64,000 bases of DNA from Abditibacterium sp. Its GTDB lineage: Bacteria; Armatimonadota; Abditibacteriia; Abditibacteriales; Abditibacteriaceae. This document shows positions 17,703 through 28,028 of the stretch, in pieces. The stretch covers positions 1,344,001 to 1,408,000 of the forward strand of contig OZ251992.1 of the NCBI GenBank assembly GCA_965246885.1. Reading direction: 5' to 3'. The position numbers and the translations under genes are program-made. Position 1 is the stretch's first letter; each line of letters opens with the position of its first letter. The notes below the pieces were generated by a model. The model saw only the letters and a list, made by a program, of their open reading frames with translations, did no database searches and had not been told where the DNA came from.

Positions 17703-18941
17703 CTACCACTTCACGTTTTGCAAGCGACGCGCGACTTCTTGGGCGTTGTCGCGGGAGTTGAAAGCGCTGACGCGGAAGAAGCCCTCGCCTTGCGAGCCGA
17801 AGCCCGAACCGGGCGTGATGACGACGTTCGCGTCGAGCAGCATTTTGTCGAACACGTCCCAACTGCTATACCCACTGGGCGCGGCGATCCAGATGTAGGG
17901 CGCGTGCTCGCCGCCGAAGGTTTCGAGGCCCGCCGCGCGCGCGGCGTCGCGCAGGATGGCGGCGTTGCCCATGTAATGCTCGACCAGCGCGGCGACTTCG
18001 GCTCTGCCTTCGGCAGAGTATAAGGCTTCGGCGGCGCGTTGGATGGGGTAGCTCACGCCGTTGAACTTGGTCGAGGAGCGGCGGCTCCACAAGGGATGAA
18101 AAGCGAAGCGCTCGCCGGATGGCGTGCGGCCCGTCACGGTGTGGGGGACGATGGAATAAGCGCAACGCACGCCGGTAAAGCCGCCGCTTTTCGAGTAGGA
18201 GCGGAACTCGATGGCGCAATTGCGCGCGCCCTCGATTTCATAGATGGAGCGCGGCAGTTCGGGGTCTTGGATATAGTCGGAATACGCCGCGTCGAAGAGG
18301 AGCAGGGTATCGTTTTTGAGGGCGTAGTCCACCCACGCCTTTAGCTGCACTTTAGTGGCAACGGCGCCCGTCGGGTTGTTGGGGAAGCAGAGGTAGGCGA
18401 CATCTACGGCTTGGGCGGGCGGCGCGGGCACAAAGCCGTTCTCGCGGGTGCAGGGCAAATAGACCAAGCCCTCGTAGCGGCCCGCGTCGTCGGCGCCCGA
18501 CGTGTGTCCGGCCATGACGTTGGTATCCACATACACGGGGTAAACGGGGTCGGCGACGGCGATGATGTTGTCGTCGCCGAGAATGTCGAGGATGTTGGCG
18601 GTGTCGCACTTCGAGCCGTCGCTCACGAACACTTCGTCGTCTTGCACGAGCAAGCCGTGCGCGCGGTAGTCGTTCTCGGCGATGGCGGCGCGCAAGAAGT
18701 CGTAGCCCTGCTCCGGCCCGTAGCCGCGAAAACTGTCGCGGTGCCCCAATTCGTCACTCGCGCGCTTGAGGGCGTCAATGGCCGCGCGGGGAAGCGGCTC
18801 GGTCACGTCTCCGATGCCGCACCGGATGATGTTGTGGGCCGCGTCGGGATGGTTCTCGGTGAACGCGCGCACGCGCCGCGATATTTCGGGGAAGAGGTAG
18901 CCCGCTTTGAGCTTGAGGTAGTTCGAGTTGATGGAAGCCAT
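17703..18941 (-). CDS. dapL: LL-diaminopimelate aminotransferase
   Basis: [50 protein letters not shown]. Confidence 0.95.
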   Translation of the reverse strand: MASINSNYLKLKAGYLFPEISRRVRAFTENHPDAAHNIIRCGIGDVTEPLPRAAIDALKRASDELGHRDSFRGYGPEQGYDFLRAAIAENDYRAHGLLVQDDEVFVSDGSKCDTANILDILGDDNIIAVADPVYPVYVDTNVMAGHTSGADDAGRYEGLVYLPCTRENGFVPAPPAQAVDVAYLCFPNNPTGAVATKVQLKAWVDYALKNDTLLLFDAAYSDYIQDPELPRSIYEIEGARNCAIEFRSYSKSGGFTGVRCAYSIVPHTVTGRTPSGERFAFHPLWSRRSSTKFNGVSYPIQRAAEALYSAEGRAEVAALVEHYMGNAAILRDAARAAGLETFGGEHAPYIWIAAPSGYSSWDVFDKMLLDANVVITPGSGFGSQGEGFFRVSAFNSRDNAQEVARRLQNVKW

Positions 18942-18989
18942 GCCGGAAAAGAGTAGCAAATGCCGGACGGTGCGGGCGCCAGCGATGGC

Positions 18990-20177
18990 TCAAAAAGGCG
19001 CTTGCACGATGTCGCCCGTCGCGTGCGCGTGGGAAGGGTCTACAATCATCGTGTTGGTGGGGCTGGCATCGGTCGTTATGAGCACGAGGCCCGCGCCGCC
19101 GTCGTCGTTGCCGTCCGGCCCGACGGAGTAAAGCAGATAACCGTCGCCCTGCTTGCGGTAAAGGAGCGGCGCGGCAGTGGGCGAGAATGGGTCAACGGGC
19201 GCGGTGAAGGTGTCGGGGTAAGCGCCAGAATCGAGCTTGAGGGCGCGCAGTGTGAGGGCGGCGCGGAGCAGTCGGTTGCGCACGGCGGTGCGCGCGAAGC
19301 TGAAGCGGTAAGCGCCGTCTTTGAATACATCGCGTGTCAAGCGCGCCATCGGGTTGAGGTCGGCAGGCAGGGCGGGCGCGATGGGCGAGTAGGGCCGCTC
19401 GGCATCCTGAACGAGGGCATCGAATAAGCGGGCGTTGTCGCTTTCGATGCGTGCGGCGGGAAGGGCTTTGAGTTGGGCGAGGTCTTGCGCCGTTGGGAAA
19501 TCGCCGTCTTTGGCGGGCTGGCCGTTCTCTACTTTGATGGCGGCGAGCCACTGGGTTTCCGAGGCGGTGCCGGCGCGCTCCTCGTCGCGTAGCACTTGGG
19601 TGAGCGTCGCGCGGCGGGCCTCGATGCGCTCTAAGCGGGTGACGGCCTGACGGCACTGCGCGGCGTTGAGATGAGCAGCGAACTGCTCGGCATCCTTAGT
19701 GCCGATAGATTCGATGGCGACGCCTGCCAAGCCGCCAAGGAGAGTGCCGCGCCCGACGAGCGCGCCCAGTTCCATTGCGTCGAGCCGCGAATTGAGGGCG
19801 CTTACAAAGTCGCCATCGGCGGCGCGCACGTCCGATTCAACGGCGAACTGGCGCGCAAACTCGCGGTTGCGCGCGTTGAAGCCAATACCAAAACAAGGGC
19901 CAAGGTCGGACGGGTCAAGCGGCGGAGGTAGGGGGCTAACTGGGTTTGGGGCGGCGATGACGCGGCGCACAAGCGCCAAGGCAGGCGCGTTGCGGGCGAC
20001 GACGGCGCGCTCGCGCTTGAGCTTTTCGGGAGCGGGGAGCCTGCCGTAGATGCTGTAATCGGCGGCGAGAAGTTTTCCCGCTTGCTTTAAAGTCTCGACG
20101 CCCGATAAATTGGTCGCTTGCGCGGGAGCGATGGTAGCGCCGACAACGACGACGGCGAGGAGAATAAGGCGGAGCAT
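18990..20177 (-). CDS. Secreted helical hypothetical protein with YSVGPDGxDDGG (GspG-like) C-terminus
   Basis: Signal peptide; GAYPDTF...VDPF...LLYSVGPDGNDDGG. Confidence 0.65.
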   Translation of the reverse strand: MLRLILLAVVVVGATIAPAQATNLSGVETLKQAGKLLAADYSIYGRLPAPEKLKRERAVVARNAPALALVRRVIAAPNPVSPLPPPLDPSDLGPCFGIGFNARNREFARQFAVESDVRAADGDFVSALNSRLDAMELGALVGRGTLLGGLAGVAIESIGTKDAEQFAAHLNAAQCRQAVTRLERIEARRATLTQVLRDEERAGTASETQWLAAIKVENGQPAKDGDFPTAQDLAQLKALPAARIESDNARLFDALVQDAERPYSPIAPALPADLNPMARLTRDVFKDGAYRFSFARTAVRNRLLRAALTLRALKLDSGAYPDTFTAPVDPFSPTAAPLLYRKQGDGYLLYSVGPDGNDDGGAGLVLITTDASPTNTMIVDPSHAHATGDIVQAPF

Positions 20178-20219
20178 AACGTCGGGTTTACCGCACGCGG
20201 TTTAAGAGCGCGTGAAGCC

Positions 20220-20594
20220 TCAGTCGTTCCACATGGAGCGTAGCAGCAGGCGGGCGATGAGGCCGACGGGAACGATGACCACGCCTCCGGCGAGTCCCGC
20301 CATCAGAACCGTGCCCACGACGATGACCACGACGCCAACGGCGACGACGGGGAAAATCCAACCGGCGACTTGGTTCACGGTCTGGTCGGCTTGGCGGAGT
20401 GTGGCGCGGCGGTTCTGTTCTTTGATGAACTTTTCCTGCTTGGCTTGCTCGGCCCGGCGCTGGGCGAGTTGGGTTTGCAGCGCGTCGGCCCAAGGCAAGC
20501 GCGCGCCGCACATGGCACACGCGGCGATGGTGGGCGGGTTGTAACCCTTGCACTTGGCGCAGGGCGTCTCGCCCGAAGGAATGAGAGAAGTCAC
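20220..20594 (-). CDS. Small Zn-ribbon membrane protein
   Basis: CAKC...CAMCG, coiled linker, C-terminal hydrophobic segments. Confidence 0.65.
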   Translation of the reverse strand: MTSLIPSGETPCAKCKGYNPPTIAACAMCGARLPWADALQTQLAQRRAEQAKQEKFIKEQNRRATLRQADQTVNQVAGWIFPVVAVGVVVIVVGTVLMAGLAGGVVIVPVGLIARLLLRSMWND

Positions 20595-20654
20595 AACGCC
20601 ATTATAAACGCGCGCGGCGCCCTTGCAAAGGGTGCGGGCGGTATAATTTTCCAG

Positions 20655-20996
20655 TTAATACACCGGCTCCAAGATGCAACTCATCGAGCCTTCCGATTCT
20701 TCCATGCGCGGGTCGGCGCCGTAGTCGTGGATGCGCTCTTGGAATGCTTCGGCCCGCTCGCGCGCGCCCGTCCACAGCCGGACGCGCTTCTTCATGTCCA
20801 CTTCGACGGCGAAGCAGTACGCTTGGAGCGGGTCGTAGCCAAAGATGTCGCCCAGCATCTCGATAACATAGTCGTAGGAGTGCGAGTCGTCGTCGAGTAG
20901 CACCACGTTCCAATCGCAGTCGAGGTCAAAATCACTCTCGTCTTGGCCGACCTCGCCCACTTCGGGCAGGGCGAGCGGGGCGGAAGCAGAACGCAT
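20655..20996 (-). CDS. clpS: ATP-dependent Clp protease adaptor ClpS
   Basis: WNVVLLDDDSHSYDYVIEML motif. Confidence 0.85.
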   Translation of the reverse strand: MRSASAPLALPEVGEVGQDESDFDLDCDWNVVLLDDDSHSYDYVIEMLGDIFGYDPLQAYCFAVEVDMKKRVRLWTGARERAEAFQERIHDYGADPRMEESEGSMSCILEPVY

Positions 20997-21011
20997 GGGG
21001 GAGAAGCCGTT

Positions 21012-21908
21012 TTACTTGGCAAACTCGCGGCCCAAGACGCCCTCGAAGACTGTCATGGCGGGGCCGGTCATCCACACTTTATCCGACTGCGCCCATTCGA
21101 TATGGAGGTCGCCGCCGGGGAGTTGGGCGAGGGCGCGGCGGTCGTCGGCGGGGAGTTTGTCGTTGAGCGCGGCGGCGACAACTGCCGCGCAAGCGCCGGT
21201 GCCGCACGCGAGGGTGTCGCCCGCGCCGCGCTCCCAGTGCCGCACCCAGAACTTCGCGCGCCCGATTTCTTGCACGAAGTGGACGTTGGTGCGGGCGGGG
21301 AACAGTTCGTGGTGTTCGATTTCGAGGCCGATTTCTTTAAGCGGCACGGTTTCCACGTCGTCCACGAAAATGACGACGTGCGGGTTGCCCATCGAAACTG
21401 CCGTGATGCGGAACACTTGGCCGTTCACGTCGAGCGGGTAATCAATGACGCGGCTATCGCCGCCGTTGCCCTCGACGATGGTCATCGGGATTTGCGAGCG
21501 CAGCAGGCGCGGCGCGCCCATATCCACGCGCACTTGAAGCGGGTTCTGGCCGGGGGTTTGGCCGGGGAGAATCTCGATGCTTTGCAAGCCTTCCTTGGTC
21601 GCAACCGAGATGGCCTTGGCTTCGATGAGGCCCGCGTCGAAGAGGAATTTGCCAAAGCACCGGATGCCGTTGCCGCACATTTCCGATTCGGAACCGTCGG
21701 GGTTCCACATCCGCATCCGGTAGTCGGCGATATCGTCTTCCAATATCAGGATGAGGCCGTCGCCCCCGACGCCGAAGTGCCGGTCGCACACGCGCTGCGC
21801 CAGTTCGGTCATGCCCTCTTCGGGCGGCGCTTCGCCGCGAATGCAGTCGAGCATAATGAAGTCGTTCCCGATGCCGTGCATCTTGGTAAATCTCAGTTGG
21901 TCATGCAT
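21012..21908 (-). CDS. dapF: Diaminopimelate epimerase (canonical)
   Basis: FTKMHGIGNDF, MCGNGIRC, SMGNPH, RTNVHF, ERGAGDTLACGTGACA. Confidence 0.95.
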   Translation of the reverse strand: MHDQLRFTKMHGIGNDFIMLDCIRGEAPPEEGMTELAQRVCDRHFGVGGDGLILILEDDIADYRMRMWNPDGSESEMCGNGIRCFGKFLFDAGLIEAKAISVATKEGLQSIEILPGQTPGQNPLQVRVDMGAPRLLRSQIPMTIVEGNGGDSRVIDYPLDVNGQVFRITAVSMGNPHVVIFVDDVETVPLKEIGLEIEHHELFPARTNVHFVQEIGRAKFWVRHWERGAGDTLACGTGACAAVVAAALNDKLPADDRRALAQLPGGDLHIEWAQSDKVWMTGPAMTVFEGVLGREFAK

Positions 21909-21988
21909 AGAAAAGATTATAGCCGCGCGCGCCCCCATTCGGACGGCACGCGCTCTGCAAACGTCCGTCCGGAAAATAGATAATCAGC

Positions 21989-22444
21989 ATGACTGACGAA
22001 CTGCTTCTTCCTTCTGCCCTTGACGACCGCACCGTTCCCGAACCGCTTCTGCGCTGGACAGGCTCCCTCCTTGGCCGCGCGGCGCAGCGCGTGCGCGACT
22101 CCTTTGAAAGCCGCCTGAGCGGGTCGGGCCTTAAAGCCAAGCACTACTCCGCGCTCATCCTGCTCGATGACGGCCCGAAAACGCAAATCGAATTGGGCCG
22201 CATGCTGTGGGTAGACCGCACTTCGATGGTCGCTCTTGTGGACGCCCTCGAAAGCAGTGGCGACGTGCGGCGCGAGCGCCATCCCGACGACCGCCGCGCG
22301 TATCTCTTGCAACTCACCGACGAAGGCCGCGCCACCCTCGCGCGCGCCCGCCAAGTCGCCGACGAAGTCGAAGCCGAAATCTTCTCCGCCCTTTCCGAAG
22401 CGGAGCGCGAGCAGTTAAGGGGGCTTTTGGCGCGGCTGATTTAG
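21989..22444 (+). CDS. MarR-family regulator
   Basis: TQIELGR...DRTSMVALVDALE...DDRRAYLLQLTDEG. Confidence 0.92.
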   Translation: MTDELLLPSALDDRTVPEPLLRWTGSLLGRAAQRVRDSFESRLSGSGLKAKHYSALILLDDGPKTQIELGRMLWVDRTSMVALVDALESSGDVRRERHPDDRRAYLLQLTDEGRATLARARQVADEVEAEIFSALSEAEREQLRGLLARLI

Positions 22445-22459
22445 CGCCTCTCTTCCATC

Positions 22460-24094
22460 ATGGCCACCCAAGCACTTAATCGTCCCGGCGCCCTCGCCGC
22501 GCCGCGTCCCGTCGCCGCCGAAGAAGAGGAACTGTCGCCTTTTCGCTGGATTATCCTCGCGGGTCTCATCACCGCCGCGATTCTGGAAGTTCTCGATACC
22601 ACCATTGTCAACGTCGCCCTCCCGCAGATGGCGGGGAACCTCGGCGCGACTTCGCAGGAAATCGGTTGGGTTTCGACGGGCTACATCCTCTCGAACGTCG
22701 TGGTGCTGCCCATGACGGCGTGGTTGGCGTCGCGCTTTGGGCGGCGGCGCTATTTGAGCGGCTCCATCATTTTGTTTCTGGTCGCGTCCTTGTTTTGCGG
22801 CACCTCGCACGGGTTGGGCGAGCTTGTCTTCTGGCGCATCCTGCAAGGCGCGGGCGGCGCGGCTCTTTTGTCAACGGCGCAAAGCACCATCCGTGAAATC
22901 TTCCCGCGCGAGCAGCAGGGGACGGTGCAGTCCATCTACGTGTTGGGCATTATCGTCGCGCCCACCATTGGCCCCACATTGGGCGGCTACATCACCGACA
23001 ACTACTCGTGGCCTTGGATTTTCTTCGTGAACCTGCCCATCGGCTTGTTCGCGCTCGCCGTCGTCGCCTCGTTCCTGACCGACGCGAAGTATCCGATGAA
23101 GCGCACCGCCGTTGACTGGTGGGGCGTCGGCTTGCTGACCGTTGGACTGGGCTGCTTGCAATACGTTTTGGAAGAAGGCAACGCCGACGACTGGTTCGAG
23201 AGCGCCGCCATCCTGCGCTTGTCCATCATCGCCGCCGCCGCGCTGTCGGCCTTTTTATGGTGGGAACTGTCGCCGCGCAACCCCGCGCCCATCGTGAACC
23301 TGCGCGTCATGAAAAACCGCGACCTGAGCGCGGCCATGATCCTCTTCGGCGCGCTCGGCTTCGGATTATACGGCGGCATTTTCATCTTCCCCTTGTTCGC
23401 GCAGTCCATCCTGCGCTTCACGCCGACCGTGACTGGCCTCGTCCTCATGCCCGGCGCTTTGGCGACCGGGGCGGCGGCGATGATTTGCGGGCGCCTCTTG
23501 AACGGCAAAGTCAAGATTATTCAACCGCGCACCGCCATCATTACGGGGATGCTGCTGTTCATCTACTCGATGTGGGATTTGGGCCACCTGACCGCGCAAA
23601 GCGGCGAGCCGGACACGCGCTTCGCCCTCATCATTCGCGGCTTCGGCTTGGGCCTCCTGTTCACGCCCATCAATCTCGCCGCGCTTTCGACGCTCAAGGG
23701 CTACGAAATCCCGCAAGGCGCCAGCCTGCTCAACCTGATGCGGCAGTTAGGCGGCTCGTTCGGCATCGCCGTCTTGGGCACTTTCGTCACCAACCAAACG
23801 CAAGTGCACCGCTCCGAGCTTGTGACCAACGTCTACGCAGGCAACCCGGCGTTCGATTCGATGTATAACGGCCTCATCGCCACCTTCCAAGGGCGCGGCT
23901 TCGACCTACCGCACGCCCAAAGCGCCGCCCTCGCTCTTATTGACCGCACCGTGCAAACCCAAGCGCAAACCCTCAGCTTCGCCAACGCCTTCCTGCTCAT
24001 CGGCCTCGCCGTCGCTTTGGTCTCCCCCTGCGTATTCCTGCTGCGCCAAGGCAACGCCAGTAGCAGCGCTGCAAGCGCGGCAGACGCGCACTAA
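22460..24094 (+). CDS. DHA2 (EmrB/QacA) MFS efflux pump
   Basis: LDTTIVNVALP, GPTLGG, WIFFVNLPIG; ~14 hydrophobic segments. Confidence 0.92.
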   Translation: MATQALNRPGALAAPRPVAAEEEELSPFRWIILAGLITAAILEVLDTTIVNVALPQMAGNLGATSQEIGWVSTGYILSNVVVLPMTAWLASRFGRRRYLSGSIILFLVASLFCGTSHGLGELVFWRILQGAGGAALLSTAQSTIREIFPREQQGTVQSIYVLGIIVAPTIGPTLGGYITDNYSWPWIFFVNLPIGLFALAVVASFLTDAKYPMKRTAVDWWGVGLLTVGLGCLQYVLEEGNADDWFESAAILRLSIIAAAALSAFLWWELSPRNPAPIVNLRVMKNRDLSAAMILFGALGFGLYGGIFIFPLFAQSILRFTPTVTGLVLMPGALATGAAAMICGRLLNGKVKIIQPRTAIITGMLLFIYSMWDLGHLTAQSGEPDTRFALIIRGFGLGLLFTPINLAALSTLKGYEIPQGASLLNLMRQLGGSFGIAVLGTFVTNQTQVHRSELVTNVYAGNPAFDSMYNGLIATFQGRGFDLPHAQSAALALIDRTVQTQAQTLSFANAFLLIGLAVALVSPCVFLLRQGNASSSAASAADAH

Positions 24095-24126
24095 TTGGAC
24101 GAGGGGCTACCGATACACTGAAAGCT

Positions 24127-24321
24127 ATGAGCCGCACCTTTCCCGAAGCGCCCACCGCGCCCGAAACCGACACTTCCGATGAAGCCGTCGCCGAACGTCT
24201 ACGCAAGTTGGACGAACTCCTCGCCCTCGGCGCCCGCCTGACGGCGGGCCTACCCCCGCTTCACCCCGACGCCGCGCGCTTCTCTTACGAAGACCGCGAC
24301 GAAGATGACGACATGGTATGA
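24127..24321 (+). CDS. Putative antitoxin (VapB-like position)
   Basis: 64 aa, acidic tail, ATGA overlap with the PIN gene. Confidence 0.55.
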   Translation: MSRTFPEAPTAPETDTSDEAVAERLRKLDELLALGARLTAGLPPLHPDAARFSYEDRDEDDDMV

Positions 24322-25379
24322 ACGACACCTTCCTCGTGGACGCCAACGTCCTGCTCGCTCTCCTTCAGCCCGCGCACTCCCGCCGCGCCGAGGCCGAAGG
24401 CGCCGCGCGCGAACTCGAACGCCGCTTCGATCGCCTCGTCCTCGCGCATCAGACTCTGTACGAAATCTACGTCACCGTTACACGCCCTACCGACTCGCCC
24501 GGCGGCTGGGGGCTGTCTCCTGCTGACGCCAAACTCCTCCTCGACAAACTCCAAGTCACTTACACCCTCCTCGACGAGCGCCCCCTGTTCGACACTTGGC
24601 AACGCTTGGTCGCTACCTACAACACAAGAGGCAAGCCCTCCCACGACGCCCGCCTCGTTTCCTTCGCCATCGAGCACGGCCTCAGCCAAATCCTCACTTT
24701 CAATACCCGCGACTTCACCCGCTACGCCCCTGAAGGCGTCACTCCTATCCACCCCGCTTCACTCGCGCCGCCCGCGCGGGAGGGTTATGAGGGCAACGCG
24801 TTGGAAGACTTGGCTACTGCCTTTACTGGTATTTCTGAGTCCAGCCGAAAGCGAAATGACATCACCGCCCATCTCAAGGAAAATCTCAAAACGTGTAACG
24901 CACAACTTCAGCGGATATTCAATTGCTCCTCTTCGGACTTTGAAAAGAGGCACATGGTAAGAGAGAAACTTATTCTCTTGTCCGCCAGTATGGGCGACGC
25001 AGCAACGAGGTTGAGGCAAGAAATGAATGTCGCTAAAGAGTGCGTTGCATTAGCAGACAAAGTCGCGCCACACCTCGCTGACTCCTTCAACTTGGGCGAC
25101 TCAGACCACTGTGCCCTCGCTCGGCAACTTGCCGCTCTCTTGAAAGAAGGTATGACTGGCGGATACGCTGCCTTGGAAGTCATCCAAGGAAACAGGGAAG
25201 CCCTGAGCGAACTTGATTCTGTTCCCGAAATCCCCGACTTCGCAACCAACCGCGACCGACTCCTCACCGTTTTGGACGAAGTGGCAGCGGTTTACAATCA
25301 GGACTGGTTCGCCATGCAAGATATGGTGGATGGTCTTACAGCCTCTTTGGGCGAAGACGCCGCGCCGCATGCTCCTTGA
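24318..25379 (+). CDS. PIN/VapC-like ribonuclease with ~200-aa helical C-terminal extension
   Basis: FLVDANVL, QTLYEIY, SHDARL, ILTFNTRDF in the first ~145 aa. Confidence 0.8.
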   Translation: MNDTFLVDANVLLALLQPAHSRRAEAEGAARELERRFDRLVLAHQTLYEIYVTVTRPTDSPGGWGLSPADAKLLLDKLQVTYTLLDERPLFDTWQRLVATYNTRGKPSHDARLVSFAIEHGLSQILTFNTRDFTRYAPEGVTPIHPASLAPPAREGYEGNALEDLATAFTGISESSRKRNDITAHLKENLKTCNAQLQRIFNCSSSDFEKRHMVREKLILLSASMGDAATRLRQEMNVAKECVALADKVAPHLADSFNLGDSDHCALARQLAALLKEGMTGGYAALEVIQGNREALSELDSVPEIPDFATNRDRLLTVLDEVAAVYNQDWFAMQDMVDGLTASLGEDAAPHAP

Positions 25380-25415
25380 CGCGGCGCCAAGTGAAAAAGC
25401 AAGAGCGGGCATCGT

Positions 25416-26942
25416 TTACAAGTCACCTATGCGGATGAAAGGTGCACCAGAGCACATGCGGGCGCGGGCTTCGTCAGCCGTCATTTTTTCATCCAGAACG
25501 GCTTGACACAACTCCCACAACGCGACGGAATCAACGGCAGTGATTTGGTTTTCTTCCAGTCGTTCGCCCAAATCGGCCTTAAAAAAGCGACCGCCACGCT
25601 GCTTGGGTTCGTGGTCAATGGCGTAGTTCACAAGCAGCAAGGCGCGCGGGGAAGGGACATTATATTCGCGCCCGTAGCGATGTTGGTGAGTCTGCGTTTT
25701 CGTGATGAACTCCTCCTGTGCGCCGCGTCCTTTGCCCGTCGTTTTCGCTTCGCCGATGGCGAAGAATCCTGCGGTTCTGTCGTGGATGTGTAAGTCCTCT
25801 TTTTTGCGCTCGCCCGGAGCGACTTGTTCGTCCACATCCACGACCTCAAAGCCCAAAAACCGCAGCGCCTCCGCAGCATCCGAAGCGAACTGGTCTCCGG
25901 TGGAAACAAGCAAGCCCGAAAGCCACCCGAACTTTTCTCGCTCCTCGTTCGCGCGAGCGTCCAAAACGGCGGATTCCTGCTCGGCTTTGGCAAGCAAGTC
26001 TTTCTTTTCCTGCTCCAAGCGCAAAACAGTCGCGGGCTGATACTTTTCCAACCAGCCATGCTGAGGCGCATCGAAAAGATGCGGGCTGACCAGAGGAATA
26101 ACTTCTTGCATCAACGCGAGCGCCACATTGACGTTATTTGGGCCGAAGTCTGGGAGAAACAAAGCACGGCCATAGTTGTAAAAACTTACCTTTCCCTGCT
26201 GGCCGGCAAAATGAGATATATTGTTTTTGAAGGCTACAATACTTCGACTTGTCGAAGTATCCCAAGCTAACGGTATGATGTCTCGCTTCTCGCGTGAGAC
26301 GACAATGTAAGGGATATGACCATAGGTGAGAGCCGACGCCGAGTTGCAAGCCAGAACGGACTTGTTGGATCGACGGATAAAGCGTTTTAGGACTTCATTT
26401 TCAACCGCATCATCGGATAAAATCAGCGAGCTACCACTAAAGCTGGGTATTTCCAGTTCAGGAAGTGGTGTCGAACCATAATCCTCATATGTGGTTTCCG
26501 CCCGGTTCATCTGTAAATAATGGTGCACAAGAGAACCGGGTTCAAAGCTTTTTTGTGACGTCACAACGCCTAAATAATCAATGCCGATGGAAGCGAAATC
26601 TTGGGCGGAACAACCTTGGCTGACGAAGAAGACTAACCACCCGGCACGCGCCCAAACCTCTCGCACTAAATCTTCAAAGAATGGCTGAGCCTCTTCGGAG
26701 CTTGAATTGGATTGACGGGAATGCGTATAGGCGAAGCTCCCAGACTGCGCTTGTGCGAAAACAACCTCCACCTCCTGCACTGGAAAGGGGAAGAAAAACT
26801 CGTTGCGGTCTTGGGGGAGCACGCCCGTTGCGCCGCGTTTTGCTTCGAAGCCCGCGTCACGAAACTTTTTGGCGTCGGACTCGGAAAAGTCAAGCAGCAT
26901 CACACGGGGCCGCTCATGTTCAACTAATGGGATCAGGCTCAT
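25416..26942 (-). CDS. Hypothetical protein with C-terminal PD-(D/E)XK-like nuclease domain
   Basis: ALRFLGFEV...EDLHI...IGEAK after a coiled coil; lower-GC N-terminal half. Confidence 0.6.
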   Translation of the reverse strand: MSLIPLVEHERPRVMLLDFSESDAKKFRDAGFEAKRGATGVLPQDRNEFFFPFPVQEVEVVFAQAQSGSFAYTHSRQSNSSSEEAQPFFEDLVREVWARAGWLVFFVSQGCSAQDFASIGIDYLGVVTSQKSFEPGSLVHHYLQMNRAETTYEDYGSTPLPELEIPSFSGSSLILSDDAVENEVLKRFIRRSNKSVLACNSASALTYGHIPYIVVSREKRDIIPLAWDTSTSRSIVAFKNNISHFAGQQGKVSFYNYGRALFLPDFGPNNVNVALALMQEVIPLVSPHLFDAPQHGWLEKYQPATVLRLEQEKKDLLAKAEQESAVLDARANEEREKFGWLSGLLVSTGDQFASDAAEALRFLGFEVVDVDEQVAPGERKKEDLHIHDRTAGFFAIGEAKTTGKGRGAQEEFITKTQTHQHRYGREYNVPSPRALLLVNYAIDHEPKQRGGRFFKADLGERLEENQITAVDSVALWELCQAVLDEKMTADEARARMCSGAPFIRIGDL

Positions 26943-26999
26943 AATTTAATTTTACCCCAGTAAACGGGGCATGGCAGCTCGAAGTCGACGGGAATTGCA

Positions 27000-27209
27000 A
27001 CGAAGTTGTCGTAAGTCAGGAAGTTGGCGGGATAAATTAGGAAGTTGGCGGCGTAAATTGGGAAGAAGTTGTCGTAAATCAGGAAGTTGACGGGATAAAT
27101 TAGGAAGTTGACGGGATAAATTAGGAAGTTGACAGCGTAAATCACGAAGTTGGCGGCGTAAATCAGGAAGTTGACTGCGTAAATTAAGAAGTTGGCGGCG
27201 TAAATGAGG
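27000..27209. repeat. Degenerate 21-bp tandem array (10 units)
   Basis: Units aagttggcgggataaattagg, aagttgacgggataaattagg, aagttggcggcgtaaatcagg etc. Confidence 0.9.
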
Positions 27210-27256
27210 AAGATGTTGGGGCGCGTGAGGTGGGTGGGCGCGGCAAACTGGGGGGT

Positions 27257-27991
27257 GTGCCTCGGCCTATTATCCTTGTTTCGGGTGGACGCACCTTGCT
27301 TCCTTCGCGTGGCGACGACGCGCAAAGCGTGAAGATCGGTTCTGACGAGCAATACGTGTCTGCCGTCGTGCGCGCGGGTGGGGCGCCGCTCCTTTTGCCG
27401 CCGCACGGCGACAAAGACGCGACGCGCGCCGCGATTGCGGTGGCCGACGCGCTGTTGCTTACGGGCGGCGGCGATATTCACTCGCTCGTTTACGGCGCGC
27501 AGCCGCATCCCAAGTCGTTCGACCAAGACCCCGCGCGCGACGCGACGGAGTTGCTCGCCGTTGACTTCGCGCTCAAAAAGCGGTTGCCGATTTTGGGCAT
27601 TTGTCGGGGATGTCAACTGCTCAACGTGGCGTTTGGCGGCGATTTGGTGCAACACATTCCCGGCGGCGACGGAGCCGTCAAGCACGAATCGCAGGGCATG
27701 GCGGGGCTGCTGCTCCATACCGTTGAAGTCGAGCCGGACAGCCTGTTGCACGGGTTGTTTCCCGTCGGCTCGATGGCGGTGAACTCCTTTCACCATCAAG
27801 CGCCGGGGCGCGTCGGCGAAGGTTTGCGCGTGGCGGCGCGGGCCTCAGACGGCACGATTGAGGCGCTCGAAGCGAGCGACGGGCGCGCCATTTTGGGCGT
27901 GATGTTTCACCCCGAAGAGTGCGCGCCGTTCTATCCGGCCTTCGATGCGGTCTTCAAATGGCTGGTGGGTCGCGCGCGTGGCAAGCGGTGA
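27257..27991 (+). CDS. Peptidase C26 / gamma-glutamyl-GABA hydrolase-like amidotransferase
   Basis: LLLTGGGDI, LGICRGCQ, VNSFHHQA, FHPE. Confidence 0.9.
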   Translation: MPRPIILVSGGRTLLPSRGDDAQSVKIGSDEQYVSAVVRAGGAPLLLPPHGDKDATRAAIAVADALLLTGGGDIHSLVYGAQPHPKSFDQDPARDATELLAVDFALKKRLPILGICRGCQLLNVAFGGDLVQHIPGGDGAVKHESQGMAGLLLHTVEVEPDSLLHGLFPVGSMAVNSFHHQAPGRVGEGLRVAARASDGTIEALEASDGRAILGVMFHPEECAPFYPAFDAVFKWLVGRARGKR

Positions 27992-28028
27992 GTTGGCACG
28001 GTTTTGACACACTACGCGCCTTCTCCCG

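Noticed and set aside
26939..27799. 286-aa minus-strand ORF with (NFLIYAA)n
   Set aside because: Antisense to the C26 hydrolase and extended by the repeat array; treated as a shadow ORF.
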